Part shown: positions 29,568 to 40,110 of the stretch, one piece after another
How the letters are laid out: each line of letters opens with the position of its first letter
Position numbering within the stretch: the stretch's first letter is position 1
NCBI GenBank assembly: GCA_963701965.1
Contig: OY969695.1
Span: 1,344,001-1,408,000 of the forward strand
Direction: 5' to 3'
Source: an uncultured Gemmatimonadales bacterium
GTDB lineage: Bacteria; Gemmatimonadota; Gemmatimonadetes; Gemmatimonadales; Gemmatimonadaceae
Length of the DNA: 64,000 nt
Notes under the pieces: generated by a model
Told to the model about the DNA's origin: nothing
The model's database searches: none
Seen by the model: the letters and a program-made list of their open reading frames with translations, nothing else
Translations under genes and position numbers: made by a program

Positions 29568-30914
29568 ATGTCATTCCACGTCATCATCATTGGTGCCGGC
29601 ACCGGAGGACTGTGCCTGGCCCACGGACTCCGGCGCGCCGGCATCAGCGTCGCCGTGTATGAGCGCGATCGTACGCGCACCGACGGCTTGCAGGGCTACC
29701 GCGTCGGCATCAGCCCGGACGGCAGCCGGGCGCTGCACGAGTGCCTCCCACCGGCGTTGTACGACACATTCGTCGCGACGTGCGCGCGGGGGCCGCGGTA
29801 CTTCAACATGGTCACCGAGCAGATGTCGGAGCTCCTGACCCTACCCGTCCCATTGGCGGGCGATCCGGTACGAAGCGAGAAATCGGTCAGCCGCATGACG
29901 CTGCGCCAGGTGCTGCTGACCGGGGTCGAGGACATCGTGCACTTCGACAAACGGTTCGCGCACTACGTCTCCCATCCCGAAGAGGGCAAAGTCACGGCGG
30001 TGTTCGAGGACGGCACGTGGGCCACCGGCGATCTCTTGATCGCCGCCGACGGCTCGGGCTCGCGCGTGCGCAAGCAGTACCTGCCCCACGCCCGGCTGGA
30101 GGACACCGGCATCCGCAGCATTGGCGCCAAAGTGCCGCTCACGCCGGAGACCAAGGGGCTGTTGCCGGATCGGGTCTTCAACGGACTCACGCTGGTCATG
30201 GCGCCCAAGGGCTACGGCGCGATCCTGCACGTCATGGAGTTCCCATGGGATCGGGACGGCCTCACCGGGGGCATCGGCGGCAATGACGCCGACCTGCTCG
30301 CGCGTTGGCCCGGCATGTTGTACGACAACACACGCGACTACATCATGTGGGGGTTCTGGGCGGCCCGCGACAAGTTCGCCATCGACCCCGTCGCTGCGCC
30401 GCGCGAAATGCTCAAGCAGATGACGTTGGACATGACGCGGGGCTGGCATCCGAGCTTACGGGAGTTGGTGCGGCAGTCCGATCCGTCGACGCAATTCGGC
30501 ATGGCCATCCGGACGTCGGTGCCGGTCGACCCCTGGCCCACGACCAACATTACGCTCCTCGGCGACGCGATTCACACCATGACGCCCGGCCGCGGGGTCG
30601 GCGCCAACACGGCGCTCCGCGACGCGGCCCTCTTGTGCCGAAACGTCATTGCCGCGCGCGGCGGCGAGATGACGCTGCACCAGGCGGTTCACGCGTACGA
30701 GGCCGAAATGATCCGCTACGGCTTCGCGGCCGTGCAGGACTCGCGGAGGCAGATGAACAGCGCGGACCCGATCCACAAGCCGGTCGTCGGGCGGGTCGTC
30801 CTCGCCGCGATGCGCGGCAGCATGCGCGTCGTGAACCGCGTGCCGCCGCTCAAGCGGCGCATGATCGACCATCAGCTGCGGGGCCGGGACACCGCGGCCG
30901 CCGAGGTAACCTAG
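29568..30914 (+). CDS. FAD-dependent monooxygenase
   Basis: VIIIGAGTGG, LIAADGSGSRVR, LLGDAIHTMTPGRGVGANTALRDA. Confidence 0.93.
   Translation: MSFHVIIIGAGTGGLCLAHGLRRAGISVAVYERDRTRTDGLQGYRVGISPDGSRALHECLPPALYDTFVATCARGPRYFNMVTEQMSELLTLPVPLAGDPVRSEKSVSRMTLRQVLLTGVEDIVHFDKRFAHYVSHPEEGKVTAVFEDGTWATGDLLIAADGSGSRVRKQYLPHARLEDTGIRSIGAKVPLTPETKGLLPDRVFNGLTLVMAPKGYGAILHVMEFPWDRDGLTGGIGGNDADLLARWPGMLYDNTRDYIMWGFWAARDKFAIDPVAAPREMLKQMTLDMTRGWHPSLRELVRQSDPSTQFGMAIRTSVPVDPWPTTNITLLGDAIHTMTPGRGVGANTALRDAALLCRNVIAARGGEMTLHQAVHAYEAEMIRYGFAAVQDSRRQMNSADPIHKPVVGRVVLAAMRGSMRVVNRVPPLKRRMIDHQLRGRDTAAAEVT
30843..30899 (+). repeat. Direct repeat copy 1 (3' end of the monooxygenase gene)
   Basis: CCGCCGCTCAAGCGGCGCATGATCGACCATCAGCTGCGGGGCCGGGACACC..., repeated at 33214-33270. 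Confidence 0.9.
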
Positions 30915-32251
30915 TGGAGAGGAAGTCCCGTCGTGTGCGGGTTGAAGGCAATACCGACGCCGCTCACGGTGTCGGGGCTGCTGATGGTGATCGCGGGTGC
31001 GGGGTTTCCTCCGCCCGCGATCTGCGCCGCAGTGAACTCTCCGATGAGGCGGTCGAAGGCATTGGCGAACCAGAGACTGCCGCTGGCGTCGAACGCGACG
31101 CCGGTCGGGAGTGGCCCGAACTGGCCCCCGGTCAGCGTGAACGTCACCACAGCGGCCGGACTGCCGCTGACCGTCAGCGCGCTCACCGGGATCTCCACGA
31201 TGCGACCGTGTCCAATCGCATTGCCATCGTACGCCGAGTTGGCGACCCACAGGTTGCCGCGCTCGTCGAAGGCGATGCCGTTGGGGAACGCGACTGCGCT
31301 GCTGGTGAGGGTCACCGCAGGCGTTGGACTGCCGCTCGTGTGAAGCTGGCTCACCGAGTATTCGACGATGCTACTGACGGCGTTGTTGGCGACCCACAGG
31401 TTTCCCTGCGCGTCGAACGCGAGACTGATCGGCTCCTGCAACCCAAACTGCGTCGCGGGGACCTCCTGTATGGTCACGGTCGGTGTGGGCGTACCGCTGG
31501 ACGTCAGCTGTGACGCCGTGAACTCGACAATGTTATTGGCGAGGTTGTTGCCAACCCACAGATTCCCCTGCGCGTCGAACCCCAGCGCGTAAGAAAAACT
31601 CTGCGACGGCAGCGTCAACGTCACGGCAGGCGTCGGCGCGCCACTCGCTCCCAACTGATCGGCCGTGTACTCGACGACCGTGCTCGAGTTGTCGTTGACC
31701 ACCCACATGTTGCCATTCTTGTCGAAGGCGACGCCGCTGGCATTGATGTTTCCGCCCGCTGTCACCGGGAAGTCGAGCTTGACCGCCGATCGGATCGCGC
31801 CCGACGATCCGAGCTGCGCCGCGGTGTACTCGATCGCGGTGTTGGCGACGTTGGTACCGGAAGCGGACCCGCCCACGATCCATAGTGCCCCACTGCCCGT
31901 GCGCGCCGTTACTGTGACGCTGGCCGTGGCCGTATGTCCCGCGGCTACGGGAGCCGGACTCCCGGTGATCGTGGCGCCGTAGGCCACACCGACGACGGGT
32001 GCGGACGATGTCACGGCGCCAGCCGTGATCGTATACGATCCGGGCATGAGACCGGTCAGTGTTTTCGAGACCCCGAGCTTCTGCAGATAGCCCGCCGGAC
32101 CGATGACGGTCACCGTGTCCACGACACCACTCGGAGCCGTCACCGACACCTCGAGGCTTCCGGTGCTCGGGCTGGTCGCGCTGGAACACGCGAAAACGGC
32201 GAGGACGACGAGGACCGACAGGGCAGCCGGAACGCGAGTCGCGAATGACAC
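30911..32251 (-). CDS. NHL-repeat / beta-propeller lipoprotein (paralogue 1, intact)
   Basis: GGAG SD then GTG; lipobox VFAC; five repeats of (A/G)FDxxGxxW...EY/F...QL..SG.PTP.VT. Confidence 0.82.
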   Translation of the reverse strand: MSFATRVPAALSVLVVLAVFACSSATSPSTGSLEVSVTAPSGVVDTVTVIGPAGYLQKLGVSKTLTGLMPGSYTITAGAVTSSAPVVGVAYGATITGSPAPVAAGHTATASVTVTARTGSGALWIVGGSASGTNVANTAIEYTAAQLGSSGAIRSAVKLDFPVTAGGNINASGVAFDKNGNMWVVNDNSSTVVEYTADQLGASGAPTPAVTLTLPSQSFSYALGFDAQGNLWVGNNLANNIVEFTASQLTSSGTPTPTVTIQEVPATQFGLQEPISLAFDAQGNLWVANNAVSSIVEYSVSQLHTSGSPTPAVTLTSSAVAFPNGIAFDERGNLWVANSAYDGNAIGHGRIVEIPVSALTVSGSPAAVVTFTLTGGQFGPLPTGVAFDASGSLWFANAFDRLIGEFTAAQIAGGGNPAPAITISSPDTVSGVGIAFNPHTTGLPLH

Positions 32252-32362
32252 AGACGATCTCCGAGGGCGTTGAGAGCGGGCAAATATGTCGCTCCCCGCA
32301 ACGAAGCCGCCAGCCCTTTTGTCGTACCGCGTGAGCGCGCGATTCGCTAGGTTGTTTGGCCT

Positions 32363-33206
32363 ATGCTTGCTCTGGTGCTTTGCGTCGTCGCCTGCACGGA
32401 TTCCGTGACGCTGCCGCACCTGGAGACAGTGTCCGGCTGCGCCACGTTTGACATTGCGCTCGGCGGTTCGCGGGTGTCCGTGACGCCTGTTACGACCCCG
32501 TCTTGCGGGCCCGTGACACCGATTGTTACTCGCGCGATCCGGTCGAACCCAGTCTCTGGAACGCTTCAACTGACGATTGCGGTGCGGAACCTGGGTCGGC
32601 TGCGAATTCACCCGCCAGTCGCTGTTTCGTTCCAGACGGATAGCACGACCGTCGGCGGTGCTTCGCCAACTTCCCGCGTCCATTTTCACATCCCTCTGCC
32701 AGAACGCGGGGATACCGCGACCGGCCGTGCAGCGCGTCTGATGCTTGACCGCGAGATCCTGGCGGTAGGCGATACATTGCCGGCGCGCGCTCATGATGGC
32801 CATCCCCACGTCGGCAACCAACGTTCGCGTCACGATCCACGCGCAAGGCATTGACGTCTTCACAGTGCCGCGCGACGCGCCGCGCTCCACTTCTGAATCG
32901 GTGATACGAGAGGGTCGAGATTCCTCATTTCTCATAGGCCGGCCCGGGTCGCGTATCGCCCGCGACAAGGTCTTCGTAAGATTTGTGCGTGATGCCTCGC
33001 TCGAGGATCGACAAGCAGCGATCGAATCGGTCAGTAGTACGGTCATCGGTGGGGGTTTCGGCGAATACTATATCCGTATCCCGGTGCCGCCCGGCGATCG
33101 CACCACCGCGGCTGTCACACACTCCATCCGGACGCTGAGGACGCAACCGGGAGTGGCCGCCGCCAACATCGACATGCCCGATGGCCCGATGCCCAACGGG
33201 CGATAG
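32363..33206 (+). CDS. Hypothetical lipoprotein; frameshift near 32790
   Basis: Lipobox-like VVAC. ORFs 32363-32854 and 32793-33206 overlap in different frames; the C-terminus resembles a protease-propeptide-like module (FVRF..DAS.EDRQAAIE). Confidence 0.5.
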
Positions 33207-33213
33207 AGCCTAA

Positions 33214-33270
33214 CCGCCGCTCAAGCGGCGCATGATCGACATCAGCTGCGGGGTCGGGATACCCTCGGCC
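33214..33270 (+). repeat. Direct repeat copy 2 (orphan copy of the monooxygenase 3' end)
   Basis: 27 identical nt, a 1-nt deletion, 13 identical nt, then two third-position substitutions relative to 30843-30899. Confidence 0.9.
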
Positions 33271-34614
33271 TATTGCAGGGGGATGTTCAGCGGGTGTGGA
33301 CTGAATGTCAGGCCGACTCCGAAGAAGCGGGGCTGGGGTTCGTCAGCGAGACCGTGGGTTTCGGCGATCCGCTCGCCGAGAGCTGGGACTTCGAGTTCGC
33401 CGACATAGGCATTGTTAAGGTCGATGAACCAGAGATCGCCGCTATTATCGAAGGCGACGGCTCGGGAGCGGCGGAAACGCGCCCGCCGGAAGCATCAACG
33501 TCACGGCGGGCGCGGGGGTGCCACTCGACGTCAAGGAGGCTGACTAAATTCCAGGAGGCGGCCTGGGGCGGTGGAACCGTCGAATCGGGCTTGAGGAAGG
33601 AGTTCGGATCGGCGACCCAAAGATTGCCATTGGGGTCGAACGCCATTCCAGATATGTCAAACGAGCCCGATAACGTGACGGCGGGCGAGGGGTTGCCGGT
33701 GCGCGCGAGCTGACCCGACTGTATGAACGGATTTCGTTGTTCGCGTTGCCCACCCAGAGATTGCCTTGCCCATCGAACGTCAGCCCGATCGGACGAAGCG
33801 GAGGAGACGGCGTTCAGGCTATCGCCGAGCATGACGGCCGGGGTCGGCGACCCGCTCGCCGTGAGCTGTGCCGGCGTGAGCTCGACGACGCGGCCGACAT
33901 TGACTTCGCCCACCCAGAGATTGCCTTGCGCATCGAACGCCAACGAGTAAGCGGATGTAAGGCCGGCCCCTGTCAGCGTTACGGCCGGCGTGGGCGTGCC
34001 ACTCGCCGCGATCGAAGCCGGCGTGTACTCGACGACACTGTTCGAAATATCGTTCGCGACCCAGAGATTCCCATTCTTGTCGACGGCCACATCGCTGGCG
34101 TCGATATCCCCGCCCGGCGTCTCGGGAAAGTGGAGTTGCACGGAAGGCGTGGATGTGGACTGCCTGAGCTGGGTGTAGTGGTAAGACAGCGCGCCATTCG
34201 CCAAGTATGCTAGCCGCCATTGCTGGCCCCGACGACCCAGAGCGCGCCACTGCCGGGACGGAGGCTCACGTTGACCGTGACAGTCGCCTGGCCCCCGGCG
34301 ACGATCTGCGCGGGGCTTCCCGAAACGGAAGAAACGAAGACCGTATCGACGATGGGACTGGACTGTGCTGGTGGGGACACGACGGCCGTGACCGTGTACG
34401 TGCCCGGCACGAGCTGGGTGTAGGCCAGGGTCTGCGTCAGTGTCCGGGTGAAGCCCTGGGGTCCCTTGAGCGTCGCGGTGACCGTCACGCCGGACGGCGC
34501 GTTGATGGCGACTTTGATGGTTGCGGCTGGGGGACTCGTGGAACTAGAGCAGCTAACCGCCCCAGCGAGCCAGATCAGACCCGAGAGCGTGAGACATCGA
34601 CGAGCGAACGACAA
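33270..34614 (-). pseudogene. NHL-repeat lipoprotein paralogue 2, multiply frameshifted
   Basis: Same architecture as paralogue 1 (MSFA.R, lipobox AVSC, GSGALW.VG, AFDAQGNLWV, C-terminal GLTFSPHPLNIPLQ), split over several frames. Confidence 0.75.
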
Positions 34615-34792
34615 CTGCAGCCTCCGGCATATTCCCGTGGAGAAGCAAATATGCCGGCGGTCTCAGCAGGTAAACAAGAGGAATACTCGCATTGATGTCG
34701 GCCGTGGCCATTGTTAAGTATTTGGTACACAACGACATAGCCCGATGAATGACAGTACGAGATCGCAGATCGCATTGTCGGAGCGAGCGCCG

Positions 34793-34843
34793 TGTAAAGA
34801 GAAATATCTTTGTCTTTACAGCGTATAAAGCAAATGTTATTTT
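34793..34843 (+). promoter_or_regulatory. Promoter TTTACA-17-TATTTT with inverted repeats; putative TA operator
   Basis: TGTAAAGA-N12-TCTTTACA (34793-34820) and CTTTA-N7-TAAAG (34814-34830); ATG 5 nt after the -10. Confidence 0.65.
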
Positions 34844-34848
34844 CTATT

Positions 34849-35181
34849 ATGCCTCGAGTCTCTCCCCCGCTACCACTGCCGGTTCGCCGTGTGCTCCCAC
34901 GGCTCGGCGCTGACATCCGCGATGCGCGCCGGCGCCGTCGGCTGCCAACGGCTGTGCTTGCCAACCGGGCGGGAATCACGATGCCGACACTGCGACGAGT
35001 CGAGCGCGGCGATCCGTCGGTGTCGCTCGGGATCTACGCCACCGTCTTGTTCGTGCTCGGCCTGTTGCCCAAGCTTGCCTCAGTCGCCGCCGTCGAGGGC
35101 GACGCCGTCGGCCTCGCGCTCGACGCGGAGCATTGACCGCAACGGATTCGCCGCCGGCGATCGTCGGGGAGTGAAGAGTGA
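34849..35181 (+). CDS. XRE/HTH antitoxin (HipB-like); in-frame TGA at 35134-35136
   Basis: LGADIRDARRRR.L....LA.RAGI...TLRRVERGDPSVS. Reading through CAT-TGA gives PQRIRRR and a stop overlapping the toxin start (GTGA). Confidence 0.78.
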
Positions 35182-36464
35182 GTCCGCCTACAGCGTTCGT
35201 GTACGTCGACCTGTACAGCGTCGCACATTGCGTCGGACGGCTCTGGGCGATCGGCGGTCGCACTCGGGAGGAGGGAGCGACGTTCGAGTACGACGTCGAG
35301 TGGCTCAATCGACCGGAACGCTTCGCATTGGAGCCGGCACTCCCGCTTGGACCGGGTCCGTTTCATACCGTGAATGGCCGATCATTGTTCGGCGCTCTGG
35401 GTGATTCGGCGCCCGATCGATGGGGGCGCTCGCTCATTGCGCGCGCGGAAAGACGTCGAGCGGCGGCCGAAGCACGTCAGGTCCGAACGCTCAGGGAGAT
35501 CGACTACCTCCTTGGCGTGTCCGACGTCACACGGCAAGGGGCGCTGCGGTTCACGCACGCCGCTGATGGGCCGTTCGTATCCGACGGCCATGAGACAGTG
35601 CCGCCACTCATTGCGCTCCCGAAGCTGCTCGCGGCAGCCCAGCACGTCGAAGCGGATGACGAGAGCGATGAGGATCTCCGGTTGCTGCTCGCTCCGGGGT
35701 CATCGCTCGGTGGCGCGCGACCCAAGGCGTCGGTGCGGGATCGTGACGACCGCCTCTCCATTGCGAAGTTTCCGTCCCGCGCCGACGATCGGAATGTCGT
35801 GCGCTGGGAGGCAGTGGCGCTGACGCTGGCCCATCGCGCCGGGATCCAGGTGCCGGCTTTTCGCGTTGAGGAGATCGCCGGACGGGATGTGCTGCTGGTG
35901 CGGCGGTTCGATCGGGTAAGGCCGGATCGCCATCCGGGAGCAGCCGTCGAACATCGAATCCCATTCCTCTCGGCAATGAGCATGCTCAATGCGGTGGATC
36001 TCGAGACGCATAGCTATCTCGAGATAGCGGACGTATTGCGACAATACGGCGCCGATACGGCGAGCGATTTGGCTGGGCTCTGGCGGCGCGTCGTGTTCAA
36101 CGTGTTGATCTCGAACACAGACGATCACTTGCGCAACCACGGCTTTCTGTATGTGGGCACCGACGGGTGGCGGTTGGCGCCGGCCTACGACCTTAATCCG
36201 GTGCCGATCGATATCAAGCCGAGGATTTTGGCTACAACCATCATGGCGGATGGGGATGCGACGGCGTCCCTTGATCTCGCACTAGAGGTGGCAAAGGATT
36301 TCGGGTTGCGTCCGCCCCAAGCGAATGCCATCGTGCGCGAGGTGGGAACCGCCATTCGCGGCTGGCACGACGTTGCGTTCGGCCTCGCGCTCACGCCGGC
36401 GGAGTGCGATCGCATGGCGAGCGCGTTCGAGCACGATGACGCGGCGGTGGCGCTCCGCGCGTAA
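35178..36464 (+). CDS. hipA: HipA-family kinase toxin (type II toxin-antitoxin)
   Basis: DSAPDRWGR, GSSLGGARPKA, LLVRRFDR, NTDDHLRNHGF, LAPAYD. Confidence 0.92.
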   Translation: MSPPTAFVYVDLYSVAHCVGRLWAIGGRTREEGATFEYDVEWLNRPERFALEPALPLGPGPFHTVNGRSLFGALGDSAPDRWGRSLIARAERRRAAAEARQVRTLREIDYLLGVSDVTRQGALRFTHAADGPFVSDGHETVPPLIALPKLLAAAQHVEADDESDEDLRLLLAPGSSLGGARPKASVRDRDDRLSIAKFPSRADDRNVVRWEAVALTLAHRAGIQVPAFRVEEIAGRDVLLVRRFDRVRPDRHPGAAVEHRIPFLSAMSMLNAVDLETHSYLEIADVLRQYGADTASDLAGLWRRVVFNVLISNTDDHLRNHGFLYVGTDGWRLAPAYDLNPVPIDIKPRILATTIMADGDATASLDLALEVAKDFGLRPPQANAIVREVGTAIRGWHDVAFGLALTPAECDRMASAFEHDDAAVALRA

Positions 36465-37269
36465 GAGCATGGCGCTTGTCTCAATGATGGTGCGCATCCA
36501 CATCGCCAGCGCTAAGTGACGCTCTCGAGATACAGCGCACGGCATTTATCGTACTACTCCCGGTACTACATGTCCTCAAGCGACTCAAGGAGATTCCGAT
36601 GCGCAATCGCTGCAATCCAGACAGGCATCCGCGCGAACCGTTATGCTCGCTAGGCTTCCAGTGGCAGAGCGTGGCCCGACCGTTCGACCTCGGCCAAGAT
36701 TGAGCGGAAGCCTTGCCGGATTTCTGAGTGTTGTCTTTTGCTGAACGCTTGCATGAGTGCTGGGATATTCACGGTTACGGACGACGGAATACGCCACAAC
36801 TTCTCGTTAAGCGCCTTCCGCGATCAGGCCGAAGCAAGGTTTGGCCCCCCTATTAGCGGCCGTGTTTGGGATTTTGGGTCCGAGCGGCGATCAGCGAGCA
36901 ATCCTCAGGTGCAGGCGTACGAGACGTGTTCTGGCCTGCGCTTCGACACCGCGAGCGACAGACGCACGCCATCAAAAGCGCTCGCTCACGCGAGCGCCCT
37001 GGGTGACCACTTTCACGTTCTCTTGGCGTGCGGACGCAGAATCCGGCAGTCCGCAGAGGCGGAGTAGCTCGATGCTACCCGGTCCTGTGTGTCGGAAGGA
37101 GCTGTTCGACGCGCTTCAGACTCGTAAGAGACGCAGGAATATCCTTGCATCCCCCGAAACTCTACCCACTACAAGCCCGACAAATATGAGTGCAGAAAAA
37201 CGACAGTTATGAACGCCTATGCCCGACAATAACGAATACCAACGAAAAGCTGCCCTCTCACGATGGCGG

Positions 37270-39765
37270 TCAGCCGCACTCCGAGAAACCACAGACGTGG
37301 CACTTCACGCATCCCTCGGCGAACTCGAGGGAGGAGCCGCAGTCGGGACACTGGCCAATGAAGTACTCGCCGGTCGTGTGGCTGGCAAACTGGATCTGCT
37401 CGGCCGAGTGGCCGTTGCCATTGTGGGCCACTGGGACGTTGGGCGCGGGCGCAGCGGGCGTCGCGAGCAGATCCTGCTGGATCCCCTGCTTCTGCCGCCA
37501 CCACTCCTCGAGCGCGATGCCGATCGCGTCCGGCACCGACAGCACCTTGTGTGGTCCGAGACCGATGGCCCGGTCGGACGCGACTCCGCGTAGCTGGCGC
37601 TGGATCTCGGGCAGTGGGATGCCGGAGCGCAACGCTACGGAGATGAGACGCCCCATCGCTTCGGCATCCGCCATGGCCGAACCACCGGCCTTTCCGAGAT
37701 TGATGAACACCTCGAACGGCTGACCGCGGTCGTCCTCGGTGATGTGCACGAACATCGTTCCGAGCGGCGTATCCTTGCGGATCGAGGTCGCCCGCAACAT
37801 GTCCGGCCGCGCGCGCTTCGCCCGCCGTTGCAAATTCTCGGCTTCGCTATCGAACAACGACTTCTTCAACCGCTCGATCTCGGCGTTCAGCTCGGCGATC
37901 GTCCCCTGCAGTTCGCCCACCTCGCGCCGCTCGGCGACCGGCACCGCCGCCGTGCCCTTATCGCGCTCGGCCTTCGCCTTCTCCGTGGCACCCGTCGACA
38001 ACACCTGGCCGTCGCGCGACCCGTCGCGATAGACCGTCACGCCCTTCGCCTTGAGCGCGTACGCCAGCTCGTAGATCGCCCGCACGTCCTCGACCGTCGC
38101 CGTATGCGCGAAGTTCGTGGTCTTGGAGATCGCGCTGTCGCAGTGCTCCTGAAACGCCGCCTGCATGCGCATATGCCACTCGGGCGAGATCGCGTTCGCC
38201 GTCACGAACACGCGCTGCCACTTCTCCGGCACCTCGGGGAACGCGATATGGCCCTCGGTCGCGATCCGCTCCATCAGCGCGTCCGAATACCACCCCTCGC
38301 GCTTGGCGATCGCCACGAAATCCTCGTTCACATCCGGCATCTTGGCGCCCGCCTGATTGCGCATGAACGCCACGGCGAAGAGCGGCTCCAGACCCGACGA
38401 GCAATTCGCGATGATCGAGATCGTCCCGGTCGGCGCGATCGTGGTCACGTTGCAGTTGCGGAGGAGCTGCATCGGACGGATCCGCTTCCCTTCCTGGTCG
38501 CGGGCACACGTCTCGTCCGGACCCCAGATCGACCGCGCCCACTCCGGGAACGCCCCTCGCGCGTGCGCCAAGCGCTCGCTCTCGCGCTTGGACTCGATGT
38601 CGAGAAACGCCATGACCTTGCGGCCGAACTCGACCCCCTCGGGCGAATCGTACGCGATCCCCATCCGGATCAGCGCATCGGCGAATCCCATCAGCCCCAA
38701 CCCGATCCGGCGAATGCGCTTCGAGAGATGGTCGATCTCGGGCAACGGATACTTGTTGACGTCGATGACATTGTCGAGGAAATGCGTCGACAGATGAATG
38801 TCCCGGCGAAACGCATCCCAATCGAGCTTGCCGTCGCGCACGTACTGCCCGACGTTCACGCTGCCCAGGTTGCAGACATCATAGGGAAGCAGCGGCTGCT
38901 CCCCGCACGGATTCGTCGCCTCGTACGACCCGAGATGCGGCACCGGGTTGTACCGGTTCGCTTCATCAATGAAGAAGCACCCCGGCTCCCCGGTGCGCCA
39001 CGCGCCGAGGATCATCTTGTCCCACACCATGTTCGCGTCGAGCTGACCGACGATCGCGCCCGTGCGCGGCTCTTTGAGATTGTAGGTCGACCGCGCCTCG
39101 ACCGCCCGCATGAACTCCGTCGTCACCGCGACCGAGATGTTGAAGTTCACGATCTTCGTGATGTCTTCCTTGCACGTGATGAACTCGAGGATGTCCGGAT
39201 GATCCACCCGGAGAATCCCCATGTTCGCCCCGCGACGCGTGCCACCCTGCTTCACCGCGTCCGTCGACGCATCGTACAGGGTCATGAACGACACCGGGCC
39301 CGATGCCACACCCGTCGTCGACCGCACCATCGCGCCCCTCCCACGCAACCGCGAGAAGCTGAACCCCGTCCCGCCGCCGCTCTGATGAATGAGCGCCATC
39401 GCCGTCAGCGTGTCATAGATGCCGTCGTGGTCGTTCGACAGTGCATCGCTGACCGGCAGAACGAAACACGCCGAGAGCTGCCCCAGCGGACGGCCGGCGT
39501 TCATCAGCGTCGGCGAGTTCGGCTCGAACCAATGCTCCGTCATCAGACGGTAGAACTCCTCGGCCACCCACTCGATCGCCCCATCGCTCGCGCCGTACCG
39601 CCGGTCCCCTTCGGCGATCGTCGTCGCCACGCGCCAGAACATCTCCTCGGGCTTCTCCACCGGCTTGCCCAATGCATCCTTTACCAAATAGCGCTTCTCG
39701 AGGACGGTGCGCGCATTCTGGCTGAACTGGGCAGGGCCGGATGGAGGCGTCGTAGGCAGTGGCAT
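37270..39765 (-). CDS. nrdJ: Adenosylcobalamin-dependent (class II) ribonucleotide reductase with C-terminal TSCPD-like domain and Zn ribbon
   Basis: [67 protein letters not shown]...CHVCG. Confidence 0.95.
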   Translation of the reverse strand: MPLPTTPPSGPAQFSQNARTVLEKRYLVKDALGKPVEKPEEMFWRVATTIAEGDRRYGASDGAIEWVAEEFYRLMTEHWFEPNSPTLMNAGRPLGQLSACFVLPVSDALSNDHDGIYDTLTAMALIHQSGGGTGFSFSRLRGRGAMVRSTTGVASGPVSFMTLYDASTDAVKQGGTRRGANMGILRVDHPDILEFITCKEDITKIVNFNISVAVTTEFMRAVEARSTYNLKEPRTGAIVGQLDANMVWDKMILGAWRTGEPGCFFIDEANRYNPVPHLGSYEATNPCGEQPLLPYDVCNLGSVNVGQYVRDGKLDWDAFRRDIHLSTHFLDNVIDVNKYPLPEIDHLSKRIRRIGLGLMGFADALIRMGIAYDSPEGVEFGRKVMAFLDIESKRESERLAHARGAFPEWARSIWGPDETCARDQEGKRIRPMQLLRNCNVTTIAPTGTISIIANCSSGLEPLFAVAFMRNQAGAKMPDVNEDFVAIAKREGWYSDALMERIATEGHIAFPEVPEKWQRVFVTANAISPEWHMRMQAAFQEHCDSAISKTTNFAHTATVEDVRAIYELAYALKAKGVTVYRDGSRDGQVLSTGATEKAKAERDKGTAAVPVAERREVGELQGTIAELNAEIERLKKSLFDSEAENLQRRAKRARPDMLRATSIRKDTPLGTMFVHITEDDRGQPFEVFINLGKAGGSAMADAEAMGRLISVALRSGIPLPEIQRQLRGVASDRAIGLGPHKVLSVPDAIGIALEEWWRQKQGIQQDLLATPAAPAPNVPVAHNGNGHSAEQIQFASHTTGEYFIGQCPDCGSSLEFAEGCVKCHVCGFSECG

Positions 39766-40110
39766 TGATGGACTCGGCGTTTCGGGAAGATCGTCAGCGC
39801 GAATGACTGTGGTGAAGGGTGGGGCATTGTACTGCGACTCGTGTCTCCGCACCAGCCCATGGTCAAAGCGTTGAGGAAGCTAGACTTAGAATTCTGACAT
39901 CACAACCGCGATCGATGAGCCGTCTTTTCCACGTTACATCCACGTGGAGTTGCCGTTACATGGGTCCCGGGCCGGGACAACGCGACGTAACAATCAGTAA
40001 TATAACGGTTTAGATATGAAAACAGCGCTGGACACGACCGACGCCTGACGAACTCTGCCTTGAGACGGCAAGAACTGGCTTGCTTCGAGACACGTACCGC
40101 CGAATTGACC

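Noticed and set aside
33208..33270. GCCTAAC...CTCAAGCGG just after a stop codon resembles the left half of an integron attC site
   Set aside because: No complementary right arm ending GTTRRRY, no integrase and no second attC. The sequence is explained as the duplicated monooxygenase 3' end.
16660..34215. GGCTAGCA at two frameshift sites (16660 plus strand, ~34208 minus strand) as a second error motif
   Set aside because: Only two cases, and a single deletion repairs only the first. Too weak to claim.
19180..35136. Two in-frame TGA codons as selenocysteine or stop-codon reassignment
   Set aside because: Neither position is an expected Cys site, TGA is a normal stop in many genes here, and both fit the CATC-to-CATT error pattern.
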